A stretch of 64,000 nucleotides of DNA from IMG/VR virus record IMGVR_UViG_2675903055_000001, positions 1-64,000 of that record; one strand, given 5' to 3'. Within the stretch, counting starts at the first letter, position 1. Every line of letters begins with the position of its first letter. Below the pieces are notes generated by a model that made no database searches, was not told the DNA's origin, and saw only the letters and a program-made list of their open reading frames with translations. Positions 17,272 through 28,256 of this stretch are shown piece after piece. This DNA is from a virus (Duplodnaviria > Caudoviricetes). Made by a program: the position numbers and the translations under genes.

Positions 17272-18170
17272 GGCTGGCCCTTCGCGAGCGCGTCCGCCAG
17301 CCTGTCCAGGGCGGCCTGCGCCCCGGCGTCGGCAGCGGCCTGGACCTCGGCGGCCGTCAGTCCGCCCCCCTCCGCGAGCTTCGCGAGGACGGCGTCCCGG
17401 GCCGCGCCCTTCGCGGCCAGCTCGGCGACCGCGCTCTCCAGCCCCTTCACCCGGCCCCGGGTCTCCCGTGCGACTTCGCCGACGTGGATGAGCACCGACT
17501 TGGGCTTCCACGTCGGGTTCGTTTCGCTGCCCCAGGGCACGGTCATCTCGCCGTCCAGCTCCCAGGCGCCCTCGTACAGCTCCTTCTGAGTGGGCATGTC
17601 GTCCTCCGGTGTGCTGCCGCTGCCGCTGGTCGCCCACGCCTTCATGGCTGCGCGGTCGGCGAAGCGGGCGAGGTTGGTGTCGATCGGAGTGCTCGTGTAC
17701 TGGTGGATGAGCCACGGGGCTTGGATGCTCGGCGAGCCGGCGTGGCCGTTGTACTGGGCGATCCACAGCCCGTCCCCCGCGAACGAGGACTTGTCGCGGT
17801 TCTTCCAGTAGTCGACGTTGCAGTAGAGCAGGACCCGGTGTCCCGGGGCCTTGCCCTGCACGTACTTGATCCACGCGTCCTTGTCCGCGCTTGAGACCCC
17901 GGGGTCTTCCCAGTCGAGGACGAGGATGTCCCCGGCCCGCAGGTTGATCTTCGAGAGGAAGTAATCCGCCTGCGCCTTCATCGAGCCGGGCCGAACGAAG
18001 TGGTAGAAGCCGGTGACCAGTCCGGCGTCCCGGCCGGTCTGCCGCTGTGCCACCCACTTCGGGTTCGTGTACGACGTCCCCTCGGTGATCTTGATGATGG
18101 CGAAGTCCAGCCCCCGCGTGCCGTACCGCTCGGGCTGGTACGACGAGACGTCGATTCCTTTGATCATCAC
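17268..18170 (-). CDS. Endolysin, GH25 muramidase
   Basis: GIDVSSYQ, KITEG, GFYHF, LDWE, LWIAQY, IHQYT. Confidence 0.92.
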   Translation of the reverse strand: MMIKGIDVSSYQPERYGTRGLDFAIIKITEGTSYTNPKWVAQRQTGRDAGLVTGFYHFVRPGSMKAQADYFLSKINLRAGDILVLDWEDPGVSSADKDAWIKYVQGKAPGHRVLLYCNVDYWKNRDKSSFAGDGLWIAQYNGHAGSPSIQAPWLIHQYTSTPIDTNLARFADRAAMKAWATSGSGSTPEDDMPTQKELYEGAWELDGEMTVPWGSETNPTWKPKSVLIHVGEVARETRGRVKGLESAVAELAAKGAARDAVLAKLAEGGGLTAAEVQAAADAGAQAALDRLADALAKGQP

Positions 18171-18177
18171 GGGCCTC

Positions 18178-18630
18178 TCAGTAGTCCCACGTCATCGCGA
18201 CGAACTGCCCGTGGATGACCGCCACGGGCTCGTGGTGGTCGTGCCACACCCGGATCGCGACCGGCTGCCCCGCGCGGCCCTTGAACGACCACGAGGCGAG
18301 ATGGAACTCCCGCCCCGGCGTGTCGTCGGCGTCGGTGGAGCCGGTGGAATCCCACTGCCCGTAGGGGTCGCGGCAGAACTGCTCCAGGAACTGCCGCGGC
18401 CGGACATCCCCGTCCGGCACGGTGATCGAGTCCCAGTGGATGAACCGGAACCAGATGAAGTCCCCGTCGCGCGGGGGCTGAATGAGCGCCGAGTCGGGGT
18501 CTGCCACGGATCCGGTGCCCTGGTACAGGCCCGCGGTGTCCTTGAGCACCCGGTCGAATCGCACCGTGGTCCAGGTCTGCGGCTGGATGAGCTGATCAGT
18601 GTCCGTGTACAGCTTGCACATGGTGGCCAT
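18178..18630 (-). CDS. Minor tail/structural protein
   Basis: RBS AGGAGG; position at end of tail module. Confidence 0.65.
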   Translation of the reverse strand: MATMCKLYTDTDQLIQPQTWTTVRFDRVLKDTAGLYQGTGSVADPDSALIQPPRDGDFIWFRFIHWDSITVPDGDVRPRQFLEQFCRDPYGQWDSTGSTDADDTPGREFHLASWSFKGRAGQPVAIRVWHDHHEPVAVIHGQFVAMTWDY

Positions 18631-18692
18631 AGGCCCTCCTGGCATGAAAAAGGCCCCGACCATGCGGGGCTGCAGGGAAACGGGGGACGGGG

Positions 18693-19304
18693 TCAGAGGG
18701 AGGCGAAGCAGCCGTTCAGGCTGACCCACGGCGGGTTCTCGGACGTGCTGCCGATGCCGATGAGGACCAGGGTGCCGTCGCTGTTGATGTCGAGCTTCAC
18801 GCTGGAGAGCGTGGTGTCGATTACGGAACAGGCGCAGGAGATGGTCCGCTTGGTGGCCGGCCGAGCGTTGACGGGCAGCGTCGTGGCGTTGATCTGGCTG
18901 CTGTTGGGCGGGGTGCCGCTGCTGTAGGTGATGCCGACCCCGCCCCGGAACATGAGGCTGGTCTCACCGAACAGGTTGACCAGCCGGTATTGCGCCGTGC
19001 CGTTGCTGTTGCCGTCGTGCGCATAGCCGGAGGCCAGGGAGATGGTGGTCCACTGCTGGGAGCCGGCCGCCAGCACCACCCATGCGGTGCCGTCGTAGCC
19101 CGTGAACAACATCTCGGTGTCGAGCCACGCGACCATCCCAGCGACTGGCGACGTGATGGTGGCGTTGCGTTCGGCAGCCGTTGAATACCGCATCATCGAC
19201 CGCGGGGTGAGGGCGTCGGCCAGGCCCTTCGTCCCCGCCCGCAGGTCCGGCTTGTCGGAGTTCTCCAGCCAGGGCACGCCCTGACCGTAGTCGTCGGTGG
19301 GCAC
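18693..19304 (-). CDS. Tail fibre/receptor-binding-type protein
   Basis: MPTDDYGQGV...beta-rich C-terminus WVSLNG. Confidence 0.7.
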   Translation of the reverse strand: MPTDDYGQGVPWLENSDKPDLRAGTKGLADALTPRSMMRYSTAAERNATITSPVAGMVAWLDTEMLFTGYDGTAWVVLAAGSQQWTTISLASGYAHDGNSNGTAQYRLVNLFGETSLMFRGGVGITYSSGTPPNSSQINATTLPVNARPATKRTISCACSVIDTTLSSVKLDINSDGTLVLIGIGSTSENPPWVSLNGCFASL

Positions 19305-19312
19305 AGGGCCTC

Positions 19313-19912
19313 CTAGATGGTCCAGTAGGTGATGCCGTCGAGCGCGATCCAGGAGGGCTGATTCGTCGTCTCGTAGATCCGCAGAATGCCCGCGTCGGTG
19401 ATCTCCGCCCGGACGACCGCGGGGTTGATGCTGGAGTCCCGGGCCACCCCGAAACCGACCTCCACACCGGCCGGCGGGCGGATCGCGGTAGGGATCGTGG
19501 CGATCGTGGAGCCGTTGGCGATGGTTCCGGAGGACGGGCCGACCCGGCCGCGGAACGTCACCTGCCTGCCCTGTACCAGGTAGGCGGGGCTGTAGCCGTG
19601 GCCTGGCCACTGGTAGCCGGATGCGAGCGTGAGGCTGGTCCAGCCCGCCCCGGTGCTCTCCAGCCGGCCGAACGCCATCCAGTTGCCGGAGCTGGAGCGG
19701 GTGACGACGATGACGTCCCCGGTCTGCGGGGCCGGGTAGCTGGGCAGGCGGCGGGCGCGGATCTCGTCGCAGTCGACGGTGCCGTCGGTGTTGACGGTGG
19801 TGACGGTGGCGAGTCGCCAGTCGGCGCCACGCACGACGGGCGCCGTCTGGCCGGCCTCGACCGCGGCGCCGCGGATGGCGGCGGCGAGCTGCTGGGGGCT
19901 GATCCCGGTCAC
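19313..19912 (-). CDS. Minor tail protein
   Basis: WRLATVTTV...; C-terminal WIALDGI similar to neighbour. Confidence 0.7.
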   Translation of the reverse strand: MTGISPQQLAAAIRGAAVEAGQTAPVVRGADWRLATVTTVNTDGTVDCDEIRARRLPSYPAPQTGDVIVVTRSSSGNWMAFGRLESTGAGWTSLTLASGYQWPGHGYSPAYLVQGRQVTFRGRVGPSSGTIANGSTIATIPTAIRPPAGVEVGFGVARDSSINPAVVRAEITDAGILRIYETTNQPSWIALDGITYWTI

Positions 19913-21006
19913 GAGTCCTCCCGTCCACCGATGCAGGCCAGCGTGAAGTCGCCGCCCACCAGGTCGAGGCTGAAGCTCTCGACTTGCAAGAGGTCGCGGT
20001 CGCCGGAGGCGTAGGTGACGCGGAGGACGTCGCCCGGCTCCAGGCACGGGTTCGGCACGCTGGACAGGTCTGCGGTGGCGTTCGGCTTCAGGCTGTCGCG
20101 CAACAGCTTGTTGGCTGCGGCCTGGGCGAGGGTCGTCGTCGTCAACGTCGCCGACGAGTAGAACGTCGGCACCCTGCCGAACGACCCGTACACGTAGGTG
20201 GGGCTGGTCGGGTCCTCGTCGGCGGCCGTCGCGGTCACCGGCGGCGTGTCCTCCTCGGTGTTCTCCCCACGGGCGACGACCCAGTTGTACATGCCGTCCC
20301 GGTTGTATCCGCGGCTGGCGGAGACGAGCGCGCCCCGCTCCCCCGCATCCACCTGCCACGAGATCGGCGCGACCAGCATGTCCGGCAGCTCCGCGATGAC
20401 GAACTGCCCATCGGCGTCGGCGTAGCACTCGGCGCCGATGGCGGTGGCGCACTCCTGCACGGCCGCCCACCGGTCGCCCTCCGCGTCCCACGTGCGCACC
20501 CCGATGACCTGATCGACCGCGTAGCTGGTGACGACGGCGCCGGGGATGGCGTCCTGGATGAGGCCGCGGATGGCGGTCACCGCGGTGACACCGCCGCGGG
20601 TCGAGTAGGCGGACACGAACTTGTCGTCGGCGACGACCGCCTCGAGACCCGAGGCTCTGATGTCGACGGGCCCGTAGTCGGGGTCGCCGTCCACGGCATC
20701 CACGCGCCCGTAGAAGACGGGCACCGTCTCGATGGTGCCGTTGCCGTAGCGGATGCCCCGCTCGATACGCAGCCTGGCCCCGTAGATGGCGAGCTGCTCG
20801 CTTGGGGTTCTGGGGATGAGGCTGGTGTCGGGCACGGTGACGGTGGCGGTGCGGCGCACAGCCTGCGACCTGTCCACCGTCACCGAGCCGGCGGTGTGCT
20901 CCAGCTCCACAACGGTGCCGTCCGCCTTGTGGAGCTGGACGACGGTGACGGGGGTGTGGGCCTCCACCAGCGTCGGCAGGAACCGGCCGGACGGAGGCGG
21001 ATACAC
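19909..21006 (-). CDS. Minor tail protein (DUF5047-like baseplate hub)
   Basis: GSVTVDRSQAVRRTA, YNWVVARGE, NPCLEPGD. Confidence 0.8.
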   Translation of the reverse strand: MYPPPSGRFLPTLVEAHTPVTVVQLHKADGTVVELEHTAGSVTVDRSQAVRRTATVTVPDTSLIPRTPSEQLAIYGARLRIERGIRYGNGTIETVPVFYGRVDAVDGDPDYGPVDIRASGLEAVVADDKFVSAYSTRGGVTAVTAIRGLIQDAIPGAVVTSYAVDQVIGVRTWDAEGDRWAAVQECATAIGAECYADADGQFVIAELPDMLVAPISWQVDAGERGALVSASRGYNRDGMYNWVVARGENTEEDTPPVTATAADEDPTSPTYVYGSFGRVPTFYSSATLTTTTLAQAAANKLLRDSLKPNATADLSSVPNPCLEPGDVLRVTYASGDRDLLQVESFSLDLVGGDFTLACIGGREDS

Positions 21007-21007
21007 G

Positions 21008-23248
21008 TCACGACCTCCTGTCGACAGTGAGGTCGAAAACGGTCTCGTACCGGTCGAGGACGTCGTAGCCACTGTCGTACTCGAGGACCACGTCGTACAC
21101 GGTCCAGGTGGCGCTACCGACCTGGCCGCCGGTGGGCATGTCCACCTCGGTCAGCGGCAGCGTCCACTCCCGCCACTCCTCGCGGGCATACGTCACGATC
21201 CGCGGGTACTGCACCTCGCCGACGACCACGTACACATCGGGTTCGCCCATGCCGGGCGCACACCGCCACAACAGAACGTTCCCGGTCGACAGGAGGAACC
21301 GCAGCGCGTCCCGCTCCTGGTCGGTGCGCGTCCAGCACACGAGGCTGCCCTCGCGGGACTGCCGCACATCCGACAGCACCACCGGCGTCGCCCGGCCACG
21401 CACCCGGTACACGGTCTGCTCGATCGCCTGCTGCCACTCCGGCGCCTGCCGCACCGCCACCCGCAGACCCACACCCGGCCGGGCAGGATCCGTCAACCAG
21501 GCGTAGTTCGGGTCGCCCGCAGTGAGCGTCACGGTGTCCGTGATCTTGTGGCTGTGGGCGCTGTCGTCGACCGCCACCGTCTCGATCACGTAGTACACCG
21601 GCACACCCAGCGGTGCCTCATAGTCCTCGATGACGAGGCTGTCGGCCGGGATCGAGTAGCCGTCGTACAGCCCCTCCGGGCCGCGCACCAGTGTGCGGCC
21701 ACCGTCCGGCGTGACCCGCCACACCGTCATCAGCTGGCCGACGGTCAGCTCCCGCAGGATGAGCTGCACCATCGCCTGCTCGTCGAACGCAGCCACTTCC
21801 TCCCGCGGCAGGGTCTCCCACAGGGCCGGCCGGTCGAGCTGCATGACCGAGCTCGACGACGTCGCGGTGAGCGTGACCTCCAACTGGCCCTGGGTGGCGC
21901 CGGCCGGGGCTATCGCGTCATCGACGAGGAGCCACCAGCCGGGCGTCGGCGCATCGAAAGTGATCGCCGTAGAGCTGGACAGGTAGGTGTCGGTGTCGGT
22001 GTACCAGCGGACGGCGATAGCGATCTGCCACCCACCCGCGCCCACCTTGAACCAGGTCTCGGCGCGCCAGTTGTCGCCCGCCGTCACACCGGGGTAGATG
22101 CCGGACCGCAGGACACTCCCCGCCGCCGTAGCCGACGACACGGTGAGCGCGTAGTAGTCGAAAACGTGCTCCGCACCCCAGGGGCTGCTGCGGGCGATGG
22201 TGGCCGGCCCGGAGGCCACGGTCCACGATCCGACGCCCTCCTCGAAATCCCAGTCCGCCCAGGGCAGCAGGTTGCCGGTGCGGATCGCCGGGTTCGGCAC
22301 CGCGCCCACCGCGCCGATGAACGCGCCCTCAGTCCGCACCACCTCACCGGCGCCGGCCCCGGTGATGCCGACCGCCAGACTGGCGGCGACCGCGCCCGCT
22401 GGGGCTATCCCGGAGGTGATCTGCCGGTACATGCCTGTACCCGGCGGCGCCAGCGTCGACCGGTGCGCCTCCAGTACGGTGTCCGTCTCGTCGTAGAACC
22501 GCAGCTCCACCCACGTCGCCGACCCGGTGGTGGCGGGCCCCAGGTAGGCGAACGCCACATACTCCGTCCCCACCGTCACGGGGGGTCGTTCCACGCACTC
22601 GCCGCTCGCATCACCCGCCGCTGTGGCGGTCACCGCGACCTGCTCGCCGCCCGCGTTGTAGAACGTCGACGACCAGCTCGACACGGGTGCGATCCGGGAA
22701 ACGGTGGCGTTCGTCTCCGCCGCCCACGCTGATGCGTCGACCTCCCCGCCCGCCTCGGCGTTGAAGCTGAGGAGGTTGCCGGGGTAGCGGATTGGCAGGC
22801 CGAGGTAGACGTTCTCCCAGTAGTGCACCACCCCCGCCCCGGCAACGGTCGATGACAGCAGCACCTGCGCTCGCACGGCGCCCGACGGGGCGACCCCGGC
22901 CACCGACACGCGATGCCAGCTCGCCGAAGCAGCGGCCGTCGTCAGCGACCACGTCACCGAGAGTTCGGCGCCCGCCGCGTCCAGCCAGCGGATACCAATC
23001 CGCTCCGGCTGAGCCGACGATGACGCGTCCGCGAACGTCCAGTACAGGGCGCCCGCATCCACCGGCACCGACGAGAACGTGCGCGCCTGCATCTCCCCGG
23101 ACGCCGCCGAGGTGAGCTTCAGGCAGCCGTCACCATTCCGCCCACCCGACGCCAGCGACAGCGAGCAGTTCGCCTTCGCCGCCCAGCCGGACGTGTTCGG
23201 ATCCACCATCTCCGTCGTCGCCGACAGAAGGTTCCCCGGGATCGCCAT
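21008..23248 (-). CDS. Distal tail protein with repeated carbohydrate-binding-like domains
   Basis: Three GNLL-initiated repeats; follows tape measure. Confidence 0.78.
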   Translation of the reverse strand: MAIPGNLLSATTEMVDPNTSGWAAKANCSLSLASGGRNGDGCLKLTSAASGEMQARTFSSVPVDAGALYWTFADASSSAQPERIGIRWLDAAGAELSVTWSLTTAAASASWHRVSVAGVAPSGAVRAQVLLSSTVAGAGVVHYWENVYLGLPIRYPGNLLSFNAEAGGEVDASAWAAETNATVSRIAPVSSWSSTFYNAGGEQVAVTATAAGDASGECVERPPVTVGTEYVAFAYLGPATTGSATWVELRFYDETDTVLEAHRSTLAPPGTGMYRQITSGIAPAGAVAASLAVGITGAGAGEVVRTEGAFIGAVGAVPNPAIRTGNLLPWADWDFEEGVGSWTVASGPATIARSSPWGAEHVFDYYALTVSSATAAGSVLRSGIYPGVTAGDNWRAETWFKVGAGGWQIAIAVRWYTDTDTYLSSSTAITFDAPTPGWWLLVDDAIAPAGATQGQLEVTLTATSSSSVMQLDRPALWETLPREEVAAFDEQAMVQLILRELTVGQLMTVWRVTPDGGRTLVRGPEGLYDGYSIPADSLVIEDYEAPLGVPVYYVIETVAVDDSAHSHKITDTVTLTAGDPNYAWLTDPARPGVGLRVAVRQAPEWQQAIEQTVYRVRGRATPVVLSDVRQSREGSLVCWTRTDQERDALRFLLSTGNVLLWRCAPGMGEPDVYVVVGEVQYPRIVTYAREEWREWTLPLTEVDMPTGGQVGSATWTVYDVVLEYDSGYDVLDRYETVFDLTVDRRS

Positions 23249-23249
23249 G

Positions 23250-26200
23250 TCACCTCCCCGCCCGCGCACCCAGCGCCGTCAAAACCTCGCCATTCGACCG
23301 CCGCACCTCAGCCCGCGCGATATCCGTGATCTCCCGATCACCGACGTACACGGTCACCGAGAGGTCGCCGAGTGCGGGCTCGTCGGTGCCACGTGCTGCA
23401 GCCCCCGTCAGTACCTCCCACTGCCTGCCAGTCAGTACCGGCTCGGGCCGGCCTGTTCCGTTCGCGACGAGGTTGAGGCCGGGCTGGAGCAGACCACCGT
23501 CGTCGTACCAGTGCGGCGACCTTGACTGCCACCTCGCCCAGGCCCTCGCCGGGGTGCCGTAGTCGTAGCGCTTCTTGATGTAGCCCATGCCCCACTTGAT
23601 CTGTGTGGCCGGGTTGGTGCGCCAGTCCGCGCCAGCCGACCGCATTTTGGAAGCCGGGAGCGCCTGCGGAATCCCGTAGGCGCCTGAGCTGGGGTTTTTC
23701 GCGTTCCAGCGCCACCCGGACTCACGGGTCCACAACTTCTTGAGCGGCGGCCACTGCTTTTGCGACCAGCCGAACTCACCCAACATCTGGCGAGCCGTGG
23801 CCTGCGCGGCCTTCGCCGACTTGCCGCCGCCACCACCGATGGCAGGCTTGAACCCGTACCAGTTCTTCCCGAACATCGGGCTGTTGTAGCCGCGGGCCCG
23901 GGAGCCGACGACGACGCCGTCGCCACCGCGCGACTCCACGTTCGTCCCGGCCAAGGTGCCCGCCGTGTGCCCCTTGCCCTTGTTCGTGATGCCGATCTGG
24001 TACGGGCTGCGCTTGTGGTACTCCCACCCAGCCGGAGCTCTCTTCCCGGAGAAGGAGAACGTGGACCACAGGCGCCCCTTGGGCTTCTTGCCCTGGATGA
24101 CCTTCTGGATGCTGCTGAGGAACCCCGAGCAGTCGAAGCTCGGGTTGCCCGCGCCGCCCCACTGGTAGGGCTTCCCTGCCTGCGAGCGCGCCCACTTCAG
24201 CGCACGGGCGACGCCCTGCCCGCCCAGCTCCGAGGTCTCCGACCCCTTGATGGCGGACAGCGCCTCGGTGAGAAGTCCAGAGGGGACGGCCTTGGCTAGC
24301 GAGCCCCAGCCCTTGGTGCCGCCGGGCACCTTGTTGATCAGGGATCGGATGGGCTTGGCCGCCGCCGACGCGGCCTTGTACACGCCGCCCAGGGCCGCGT
24401 CCTTCAGCTTGCCCAGCCCCTTGGAGACGGACCCGGCGACCGCACGAGCACCCCCGGCGAGCCGCTCGCCCGCCCCCTTGAACCAGTCGACGGCACCGCC
24501 GAACGCGTATCCGGGCACACCGCCTGCTGCGGGAGCCGGACCGCTCTGGCCCGCTCCCCCGCGGGCCGCAGCCCGGAGCCCCTCGACGGCACCGTGGCCG
24601 CCTGCGCCCTGCACTTCCTTCGCGGTCCACACGTGCTCGCCGCGGGACAGCCGTGCGGGGATGCTGTCGGACGTCGCCGTACCCGGCCCGTACACGGGCC
24701 CGCCGGTGGCGAACTTGAAGAAGGGCAGCTTCTTGATCGGCAGGACCTTCGCGGCGGTGTTCCAGAGGCCGCGCACGCCCTTGTTGTAGACGAGATCGAT
24801 CACCCATTTGATCGGCTTCCGCGTCAGCGACTTGATCTTCGCCCAGGACTTTCCCAGCGCATCCTTCGCCTTCCGGAAGCTGTCCGCCACCCTCGACACC
24901 GCGGACTTGATCGCGTTGAAGGCGGGCCGGATGCCCTTCTCCCAGGCGACGCGGATCGCCGTCCGGATGCCCGACCACACGGGCTTGATGACGTTCTTCC
25001 ACAGCCACTTGAAGACGCTCGCCATCGTGCGGATCGCCGACTTCACGAAGCCGAAGTAGCGCTTGACGACGTTCTGCCACCACCAGGAGATGACCTTCCC
25101 GATGCCGCGGAACACCGGCGACAAGACGTTCCGCCACAGCCACGTCGCGACCTTCGCCACCAGCCGGAACGCGCCCCGCACCAGCCCGAAGTAGCGGCGC
25201 ACGATGTTCTGCCACCACCAGGTGACCACCACGGCGATCCCGTGGAACACCGGGCTGAGGACGTTGTGCCACAGCCACACGGCGATCTTCGCGACCCAGC
25301 GGATCGCGACAACCAAAGCGTTGAACACCGGCTTCAGCACCACGTTCCACGCCCACAAGGCCGCGGTCTTGATGCCCTCCCACGCCGCCTGCACCGCGGT
25401 CCGGAACCAGCCCCAGCGCTTGTAGGCGTAGATGACGATCGCGACGAGCGCGATGATCCCCAGAATGATCAACGTGATCGGGTTGGCTTGCATGACCGCG
25501 TTGAAGATGACCATGCCGATCGTCCACAGCCGTGTCACGATCAGCGCCAGGTACATGCCCTGGATCAGCCACGGCAGGGTCGTCGCGATCGACGCAATCC
25601 CCCGCGCCAGCGCACCCAGCACGTCCAGGACCGGGCCCTGCAGCGGGATCAGCGCCCGCGACACGTCGAGAAACGCCCGCCCCAGGTCACCCAGAGTGGA
25701 AGCGAGCTTGGGGCCCATGCGGGCCGCGTAGTCCAGGAACCGCTCGAACTCCGGGCTCCCCTTCAGACCGGTGCCCCAGTTCGCGAACCTGCCGGTAGCC
25801 GACTCCATCCGCTTGGCGATCGAATCGATGTGCGGCAGGAACGCTTGGATGATCCCGGCCATGCCCTTGAAGATCCGGCCGAAGCTGACACCGAGGCTGA
25901 CGACCGCAGGCTCGACACTGCCCTGCACGTCCCTCTTGAAGCTCTTCCACCACGGACTCTTGAAGCCGGCCGACACCCGGTCCTGCAACGTCTTGATGCC
26001 GCGGGCCGCCGCCAATACCAGCGGCGTCAACCCCGGCAAGGAGTTCTTCATGCCGTTCAGGGCCCGCGTGAACAGCGGCATCACAGCCGGCTGCAGGCTC
26101 CGCGACCAGGCCGAGAAAGCCTTCCGCAGCGACACGAACGCGTTGAACGTGCCCCGCGTCGCCGGCGTCATCTTCGCCAGCGCAGCCCGGTACTTCGCCT

Positions 26201-28235
26201 GCGCGGCGGCAGCCTGATCCGCGCCACCCGCCGCCGACAGCTCAGCCGACCGGATCTGCCGCTGCGCACTCGACACCGCATCCGCAGCCGACTGCTGCGC
26301 CACCGCCACATTCCGGGTGGCCTCACCCACCCGCTCCTGCGCGGCAGCCACATCCCGCGCCGCCTGCGTCTGCGCGCGGGCCGCCTCCACCTGCGCATCC
26401 CGCACCGCACGCGACCGGTCGGCCACCTGCTGCTGCGCCGACGCCAACCGCTGCTGAGCCGACCGCACCGTGTCGCTACCCGAGACCCCGGCCTTGTTCG
26501 CCGCCGCGGTCTCCGCCTTCAGCCGCTTCGTCTCGACCGTCTGGTCCTTGAGGCGCTGCACCGCCTGGTCGTAGGCGAGCTGCGCACGAGCACGATCCAG
26601 CTCGCTGGACCCCGCATCCTTCATCGTGCGGGCCAGCGAAACCTGCGCCTCCCGCACACTCAGCACCGCATCCCGCTGAGAGAGCTGTGCCCCAGCGAGC
26701 CGGGCGTTCAGATCCTCCAGCTCGCGGGCGGCCTCACGGCGGGCATCCGTCAGATCCTGCTGTGCCTGCCGGGCATCACGCTGAGCCGACGACAATGCCC
26801 GCTCCGCGTCCTGCACCGCCCGGGCAGCAGCCTCCTGCCGCTGCGCCGCGGTCGCCGCCGCCTCCGCGGCAGCCTGCCGGGCCTGACGCACCTGCCGCTG
26901 GGCCTGCGCGATCTGCCGGGCCCCGTTCCGCTCCGCCGCCGCCAGCGCTTGCTGGGCGCTCGCCTGGGTCAGGGCATGCCGGGCCGCCTGCGCAGACGCC
27001 TGACCGCCGGACGCGGTCGCCCGCGACGCCGCCTCCTGCGCCGCCTTCTGCGCCTGCAGCGCACCGGCAATTTCCCGGACTGCGGGGACCGCGACCGCGG
27101 CCAGAGCACCCACACCGGCCGCCGCGACGGTAGCCGCCGCAGTGACCGCGCCGAGGCCCGCCGCCAGGGCAGGCACCGCGGGCAGGACAGCGACGCCACC
27201 CACGGCGATCGACAACTGAATGAGGGCCCGCACCGCGGCGGACGTGTCCACCCGCACCCGCGCCGTCTGGCCGTCGAGCCGGTTCACCATGGCCTGCACG
27301 GCGGCGAGCTGCGTCGCGGCAGCAGCCGCGTCCACCCGCACCGCCACATCCGCGTCCGAGGCGGAAAGCCGCTCCAGTCGCCCCTGCAGTTCGGTGATCT
27401 TCGCCTGGGCGGTGGCCGCGTCGATATCGATGCCGACCCGCACATCCCGCAGCGCCGTCAACTGGGCCCGCAGGCTGGCGATCTCACCCTGTGCGGGGGT
27501 GGTGTCCGCCCCGATGTTGATGTTGGGGAGGGACGATTCTGCCTGCTGCACCGCGGCACGCAACCGCTGCCCGAACGTTCCGTCCGTCTCCAGGCGGATT
27601 GTGGTGCGATCCGCATGGAGACGGTCCAGCTCGGCACGCACCTCGGCGAGCTGCGCCCGCGCCGCGGCCGTGTCGGCCCGCACCGTCGGATTGGGGTGGG
27701 CGGCACCCAGCCGCCGCAGTTGATCCTCCAGCTCTGTGATTTCGGTGCGGGCCTCGCCCGTGTCGATGTCGACGCCGATGCGCTTGCCCGCGAGGGTCTC
27801 CATGCGGGCGCGCAGGGCCTGCAGGTCGGAGTCCGCCTCGGAGGTGTCTGCGCCGACGGTGACGTCGGGCAGCGACCGGAACGCGGCCTCGATGCGGGCG
27901 CGGGCGCTCCTCGCGAACGCCCCGCCCGCCTGCTCGCCCTGCTTCGCCGCCGCCGGGCGGGCAGTCCGCCCGCCCTGGGTGACCCCGTCCCGCAGCGCAC
28001 CGCGGATCTCGGCGGTGATGCGGGCGGCGATCTGCGCGCCGATCTGCTGCCCGATCTGCAGGCCGACCTGACCCACCTCGGACTGCATCGCCGGCCCGAA
28101 GCTACGGCCGGCCGCCTTACCCGCATCCTCTCCGGCCTTCGTCGCTGCGGGCACCAGTGCCGACTTGAGGTGGTTGTAGATCCCCTTGGTGTTGGGGATG
28201 ACATCGACCTCGACGGATCCGACGGAGATGGCCAC
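23250..28235 (-). CDS. Tape measure protein with NlpC/P60-like and lytic transglycosylase-like C-terminal domains
   Basis: 1661 aa, Ala-rich coiled coil and W-repeats; KPYQWGG..FDCSG; LWTRESGW...AYGIPQAL. Confidence 0.93.
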   Translation of the reverse strand: MAISVGSVEVDVIPNTKGIYNHLKSALVPAATKAGEDAGKAAGRSFGPAMQSEVGQVGLQIGQQIGAQIAARITAEIRGALRDGVTQGGRTARPAAAKQGEQAGGAFARSARARIEAAFRSLPDVTVGADTSEADSDLQALRARMETLAGKRIGVDIDTGEARTEITELEDQLRRLGAAHPNPTVRADTAAARAQLAEVRAELDRLHADRTTIRLETDGTFGQRLRAAVQQAESSLPNINIGADTTPAQGEIASLRAQLTALRDVRVGIDIDAATAQAKITELQGRLERLSASDADVAVRVDAAAAATQLAAVQAMVNRLDGQTARVRVDTSAAVRALIQLSIAVGGVAVLPAVPALAAGLGAVTAAATVAAAGVGALAAVAVPAVREIAGALQAQKAAQEAASRATASGGQASAQAARHALTQASAQQALAAAERNGARQIAQAQRQVRQARQAAAEAAATAAQRQEAAARAVQDAERALSSAQRDARQAQQDLTDARREAARELEDLNARLAGAQLSQRDAVLSVREAQVSLARTMKDAGSSELDRARAQLAYDQAVQRLKDQTVETKRLKAETAAANKAGVSGSDTVRSAQQRLASAQQQVADRSRAVRDAQVEAARAQTQAARDVAAAQERVGEATRNVAVAQQSAADAVSSAQRQIRSAELSAAGGADQAAAAQAKYRAALAKMTPATRGTFNAFVSLRKAFSAWSRSLQPAVMPLFTRALNGMKNSLPGLTPLVLAAARGIKTLQDRVSAGFKSPWWKSFKRDVQGSVEPAVVSLGVSFGRIFKGMAGIIQAFLPHIDSIAKRMESATGRFANWGTGLKGSPEFERFLDYAARMGPKLASTLGDLGRAFLDVSRALIPLQGPVLDVLGALARGIASIATTLPWLIQGMYLALIVTRLWTIGMVIFNAVMQANPITLIILGIIALVAIVIYAYKRWGWFRTAVQAAWEGIKTAALWAWNVVLKPVFNALVVAIRWVAKIAVWLWHNVLSPVFHGIAVVVTWWWQNIVRRYFGLVRGAFRLVAKVATWLWRNVLSPVFRGIGKVISWWWQNVVKRYFGFVKSAIRTMASVFKWLWKNVIKPVWSGIRTAIRVAWEKGIRPAFNAIKSAVSRVADSFRKAKDALGKSWAKIKSLTRKPIKWVIDLVYNKGVRGLWNTAAKVLPIKKLPFFKFATGGPVYGPGTATSDSIPARLSRGEHVWTAKEVQGAGGHGAVEGLRAAARGGAGQSGPAPAAGGVPGYAFGGAVDWFKGAGERLAGGARAVAGSVSKGLGKLKDAALGGVYKAASAAAKPIRSLINKVPGGTKGWGSLAKAVPSGLLTEALSAIKGSETSELGGQGVARALKWARSQAGKPYQWGGAGNPSFDCSGFLSSIQKVIQGKKPKGRLWSTFSFSGKRAPAGWEYHKRSPYQIGITNKGKGHTAGTLAGTNVESRGGDGVVVGSRARGYNSPMFGKNWYGFKPAIGGGGGKSAKAAQATARQMLGEFGWSQKQWPPLKKLWTRESGWRWNAKNPSSGAYGIPQALPASKMRSAGADWRTNPATQIKWGMGYIKKRYDYGTPARAWARWQSRSPHWYDDGGLLQPGLNLVANGTGRPEPVLTGRQWEVLTGAAARGTDEPALGDLSVTVYVGDREITDIARAEVRRSNGEVLTALGARAGR

Positions 28236-28256
28236 AGGAGGACTCCCTCCCGCGCG

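Noticed and set aside
18693-19912. Diversity-generating retroelement targeting tail fibre C-termini
   Set aside because: The two C-termini are only loosely similar; no template repeat or reverse transcriptase is present in the window
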